The notes below the pieces were generated by a model, which made no database searches, was not told where the DNA came from, and saw only the letters and a program-made list of their open reading frames with translations. From an uncultured cyanobacterium (GTDB lineage: Bacteria; Cyanobacteriota; Cyanobacteriia; Cyanobacteriales; CAWUOF01), in NCBI GenBank assembly GCA_963744145.1, contig CAVUSO010000001.1:4864001-4928000 (forward strand): 64,000 bases of DNA, in the 5' to 3' direction. The translations under genes and the position numbers were made by a program. Every line of letters starts with the position of its first letter. The stretch's first letter is position 1. Of this stretch, positions 60,236 through 64,000 are shown one piece after another.

Positions 60236-60709
60236 CTATTTCTTTCGTTGCACATAAGTATAGGAAAAAGTAACAGTTTCAGTCAGCGGTTGGTTACCAC
60301 TTACATCAAGACCTGACATCTTATATGATAAAGGCATTACTCCTTCAAAGTGCCAATTTGCTGACTCTGAACCATCTTGCTTGAAAGTTTTGATATCAGC
60401 CGTTTTTAGCGCTCCTTTTGTTACTGTTGCTCCTCCTAAATCCCGATCGGGATGGGACTGATAAAACCAATCTGAGACAGCTTTTGGTTTGGCAGTATTG
60501 GTCACAAAAGTGATAGTAATATTTTCATTTTTCACAGCGGAAGCAGCTTGTTGCATAGTCACTTTACTACCAGCACTTGCTCCTAATGGTGCATCAGTAG
60601 AGGTAACTTGAATCGACATCTTCAATCCAGAAATTTTCTGAACAAATAAACCATCAGCTAGATCAGTTGAGGTAAACTCAAACCTGGATACTGCTATATA
60701 TTCTCCCAT
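60236..60709 (-). CDS. Divergent gp19-like tail tube protein
   Basis: 157 aa with the tube pattern: KISGL, ITITF, DWF, W.F.GV.P.SY..SGLD...ETVTF; located between sheath and tube genes. Confidence 0.72.
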   Translation of the reverse strand: MGEYIAVSRFEFTSTDLADGLFVQKISGLKMSIQVTSTDAPLGASAGSKVTMQQAASAVKNENITITFVTNTAKPKAVSDWFYQSHPDRDLGGATVTKGALKTADIKTFKQDGSESANWHFEGVMPLSYKMSGLDVSGNQPLTETVTFSYTYVQRKK

Positions 60710-60782
60710 CTTTTTGCTCTCCCTAAATTACTCAATTTTTTCTAAACAATTGCACTTGTACCTCTTTTTCGGATCAGATAAT

Positions 60783-61252
60783 TTATGTAGTGCGTTTGAC
60801 CATTTGCGCGTTAAACTCAAAGGATTCCATCGCCAAATTTTCCCCCCAACATCAAAATCAGAGACGGAATAACTCACGATTTGACATTGTTTTAGCTCAT
60901 AGACAACTACTGTCTTCGCGTCAGCATCAAGAATGGTGATTTTGCCATCTTTAAAACTCTCGTTCCATTTACCCCCACCACCTGAATAGGTTGCAGGTAA
61001 AGCAGTTTGCCACAAAGTGTAGAGTTTCATGTTCCCATCTTCTAGAGCAGCTTCAATGGTAAAGTTTTTATTTTCAGTGTAACCGCTAGAAGTTGTTTGG
61101 TAAGTCCATTGTCCTTTGTCACCTGAAGCTATGGGTAGTTCGCTAGCAGCAATTTTAGCTTCTACGTCTATACCGCTAAAGCTCTTAATTGGGTAAACAG
61201 TGCCGTCATATTCAAATATAAAATTACTAGAACCAATAACCTCTACTGGCAT
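60783..61252 (-). CDS. Divergent gp19-like tail tube protein with a frameshift in a G6 run near the 3' end
   Basis: KSFSGI, LW, KDGKITILD, YEL...SYSVSDFD. Adding one G at 60842-60847 gives GGENLAMESFEFNAQMVKRTT* (156 aa), matching the tube C-terminus. Confidence 0.7.
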
Positions 61253-61351
61253 TTTTTACTCCTTGTCATCAACCAACGATTTCAATTTCTTGTGATCGTA
61301 ATTGGTAATTAATAAAAAATTACTAATTACCAACTACTAACTAATTTCTAA

Positions 61352-63043
61352 TTATTGACCAGGTGCCCACTGACTGATGCGGAAAATGACAAATTCTGCT
61401 GGTCGTACTGGAGCAACTCCTACTTCAATGTATAAGCGACCTAACATCATGGTATCCGGAGTGTTAAGTTCAGCATCACATTTCACAAAGAAGGATTCTG
61501 ATGCACTAGCTCCAGCTAAAGCCCCTTCGCGCCACAGACGTTCTAAGAAGCTAGAAACTGTGTTAGTCACACGACCCCAGAGTCGCTGGTCGTTTGGCTC
61601 GAATACGACCCATTGTGTGCCAATTTCAATGGATTTTTCGATGTAGCTCATTAAACGACGCACGGGGATATAACGCCATTGAATATTATCAGGTTCAACC
61701 AGAGTCCGAGCACCCCAAATTTTAATTCCACGGTTAAAGTTAGCAAAGTTGCGAATGCAGTTGATTCCCAAGGGGTTTAATAGTTCTTGCTCGCGGAAAT
61801 TAGTTTCGTAAGCTAAACCAATCACACCTCTAGGAGTATCATTAGCAGGTGCTTTGTAGAGTCCCCGAGTTTCGTCAGTCCGACACCAAACTCCCAGCAT
61901 ATGTCCACAGGGAGGAATGGAAATTGGTCTTCCACCATTGCGCGGGTTAGCCACTTTAATCCAAGGATAGTAAAGTGCGGCAAATTGCGATCGCCGATTA
62001 AAAGCACTTAACCATTGAGCAACGTGCTGGGGTTTTACTTGTTCGGGTGCTACAGGAGTATCACTCCCTTTACAAGGAGGTGGATCAAGCACTACCATCC
62101 GATAGGGTGGGCTAGGCGAAGAGTTTTCGCACATACTCACCATCATTTCCATGATGCCATGTACTTGGTCTAAGTTTAGCAGCCCCTCTTGATATACTCG
62201 CATTAAATCGGGGCAAGCAATCATCGCTACATCGTCAATTTCAAAAATCCCTTGGACACCTGTACGATCGTTCCTTGTCCCTTGGAAATCGCGGGGAAAT
62301 TGATCGGGACTAGAAATTAGGGGTGGTGGGCTGACTTCAAAACTGCCATTCACTGGACGTCTAGAAAGAGCTTGTCCGCTTTGGGAAATATTTTCTATAC
62401 TAATAAAAGGAGATGCTTCTAAAGCTGTCAATACATAGTCAGCCACCTCGGTAGTCACATCCGAGTTCATGGTCAAGTGTTCGTAACGTTCTAGTTCTTG
62501 TCCATTACGAGTGACTACTACACTAAAGAATTCTCCGGTATCTAGGGGTGCTGCTGTATCTGGTGGAGCATCATCAGGTCGCGGTTTGGGTGTACTGGAG
62601 AGAATATTAATTGTTAGACGTTCGGTTGGTGGTATTTCTTCTCCTTCTGCTGCTTTAATCGAGAAACGTAAAGAAGGACGATTACCCGAAGTTAGTAATT
62701 TGGTAGCGGTTTCTTCGATCGGAGGAGGTTGGGAACCAGGTAGTTTAGTCCCGATGCTGGATACCCAACAACGACCACCACCATTCAGAAACCAACCATA
62801 AACAGCAAAGGGGAGATAAGCATTAAAATCGGTGAAGCCATCTGACCCCTGTTTGCCAAAATATTCTAAATATTGATCCCAACTGGTGACCATCATCGGT
62901 TGGAAGAGTTCTGCATCACCACGAACATCTTCTGTAAAACCAATAAAACCAGCGACACTGAGGCTAATCCCTTCTATGGGGCGATTACCCCGGTCTACTT
63001 CTTCAACGTAGACCCCAGGAGCAAAATAATCAAGTCTGGGCAT
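61352..63043 (-). CDS. Contractile tail sheath protein (eCIS)
   Basis: YFAPGVYVEEV, WFLNGGGRC, AALYYPWI, KAPAN, LNPLGINCIR, WGARTL, VFEPND, APVRPAEFVIFRI. Confidence 0.95.
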   Translation of the reverse strand: MPRLDYFAPGVYVEEVDRGNRPIEGISLSVAGFIGFTEDVRGDAELFQPMMVTSWDQYLEYFGKQGSDGFTDFNAYLPFAVYGWFLNGGGRCWVSSIGTKLPGSQPPPIEETATKLLTSGNRPSLRFSIKAAEGEEIPPTERLTINILSSTPKPRPDDAPPDTAAPLDTGEFFSVVVTRNGQELERYEHLTMNSDVTTEVADYVLTALEASPFISIENISQSGQALSRRPVNGSFEVSPPPLISSPDQFPRDFQGTRNDRTGVQGIFEIDDVAMIACPDLMRVYQEGLLNLDQVHGIMEMMVSMCENSSPSPPYRMVVLDPPPCKGSDTPVAPEQVKPQHVAQWLSAFNRRSQFAALYYPWIKVANPRNGGRPISIPPCGHMLGVWCRTDETRGLYKAPANDTPRGVIGLAYETNFREQELLNPLGINCIRNFANFNRGIKIWGARTLVEPDNIQWRYIPVRRLMSYIEKSIEIGTQWVVFEPNDQRLWGRVTNTVSSFLERLWREGALAGASASESFFVKCDAELNTPDTMMLGRLYIEVGVAPVRPAEFVIFRISQWAPGQ

Positions 63044-63433
63044 GGATATTTCCTATATTTCATAAGGTGTTGGCTATGTAGCATGGAAGCAATTTGCTGG
63101 TTTTAAGCCATGTATTTCCCGCCAATCCTAGCAGTATAAATTAGTCCTGGTATTCCATTTTCCCTGATGAGAGAGGATGATTGTCGTTTTTTAGTATACC
63201 AGCACGATTATTTATATACCTCCATTTTACCTACTTGAATTACAACTGTTATATTTCTTAGTATTTATGCTGTCAGGATCAATGCTTGATATCCTCCTGC
63301 TGGATGGTTTTACAATACTTAAAAAAGCAGGTAATCTCTTGATTGATTAGGTAGGTACTTTAACTCCCGATCATCTATATGGAAGATCCAACAAAAAAAA
63401 TCGTTATTAGACTTTGGTCAAAAAACCTAAAAA

Positions 63434-64000
63434 ATGAGTAATTATCTAGCGATCGCCACCGTAACTGCTACCTTACAAAGAATCTTACAGTCTGCGATCC
63501 AAGTAGACGTAGATGGGGCAAGAGTAACCACAGTTAAACCCGCGAATTTGGGAGGTGGAACTCCAGAAACGGGAGTAAACTTGTTTCTTTATCAGGTCAG
63601 TTCTAATCACATTTTGACCAATTCGATTAATTCCGATCATCAGCGACGAAAACTGGATGCTAAAAAATCGCGGATCGCTTTAGATTTAAACTATTTACTG
63701 ACTTTCTATGGTAATGAAGTCGAATTAGAACCACAACGTTTATTAGGAAGCGTTATGCGGACATTGCAAGACAAAAACGCGATCGCTGGTTCTCTGATTC
63801 AGGAAACTCTGGGTGATTCAACTTTTAGTTTTTTAACCGACTCTGATTTAGCCGATCAAATCGAATTAATTCAAGTCAAACTAATGGATTTATCTTTAGA
63901 TGATCTTTCCAAAATTTGGTCAGCTTTACAAAGTCCTTACAGTCTCTCGATCGCTTATAAAACTAGTGTCGTAATCATCGAAGGAGCAGCACCAGCAAAA
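63434..64000 (+). CDS. DUF4255 / Pvc16-Afp16-like eCIS cap protein, runs off the right edge
   Basis: ATG at 63434: MSNYLAIATVTATLQ...GVNLFLYQV...LDLNYLLTFYG...EPQRLLG...LSKIWSAL...SIAY; not in the ORF track. Confidence 0.85.
   Translation, partial: MSNYLAIATVTATLQRILQSAIQVDVDGARVTTVKPANLGGGTPETGVNLFLYQVSSNHILTNSINSDHQRRKLDAKKSRIALDLNYLLTFYGNEVELEPQRLLGSVMRTLQDKNAIAGSLIQETLGDSTFSFLTDSDLADQIELIQVKLMDLSLDDLSKIWSALQSPYSLSIAYKTSVVIIEGAAPAK

Noticed and set aside
58710..64000. Prophage tail region or type VI secretion system
   Set aside because: No head, terminase, integrase or TssJLM/ClpV genes are visible; the single-gene sheath, gp19-like tubes and DUF4255 fit an eCIS.

Overview
AT-rich cyanobacterial chromosomal DNA, identified by very frequent HIP1 octamers (GCGATCGC), pentapeptide-repeat, WD40 and CHAT proteins, and cyanobacterial short palindromic repeats. 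From left to right: (1) an AAA-ATPase plus STAND-NTPase/WD40 gene pair running off the left edge; (2) a decayed IS4 element; (3) housekeeping genes (argD, pbpC, an esterase, ABC transporters, threonine aldolase) around a membrane-anchored triple-TIR/14xWD40 receptor-like gene; (4) an archaeal-style nurA-herA-sbcD-sbcC DNA end-resection operon, now split by about 12 kb of accessory DNA (an IS5-family element, mostly toxin-less toxin-antitoxin remnants with attC-like relics, a TPR-CHAT protease, a dead DNA methyltransferase). Three collinear duplicated blocks suggest this arrangement arose by tandem duplication followed by reciprocal deletion; (5) a LCIB/theta-carbonic-anhydrase-like gene followed by two crcB genes; (6) the start of an extracellular contractile injection system (eCIS) locus: sheath, three tube paralogs (two highly divergent), two tail-assembly chaperones with a candidate -1 frameshift, a DUF4255-type gene, and a catalytically degenerate TPR-CHAT gene directly downstream. 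I saw no rRNA, tRNA or CRISPR array. All family assignments come from motif recognition by eye; no database searches were run, and mismatch counts are manual.
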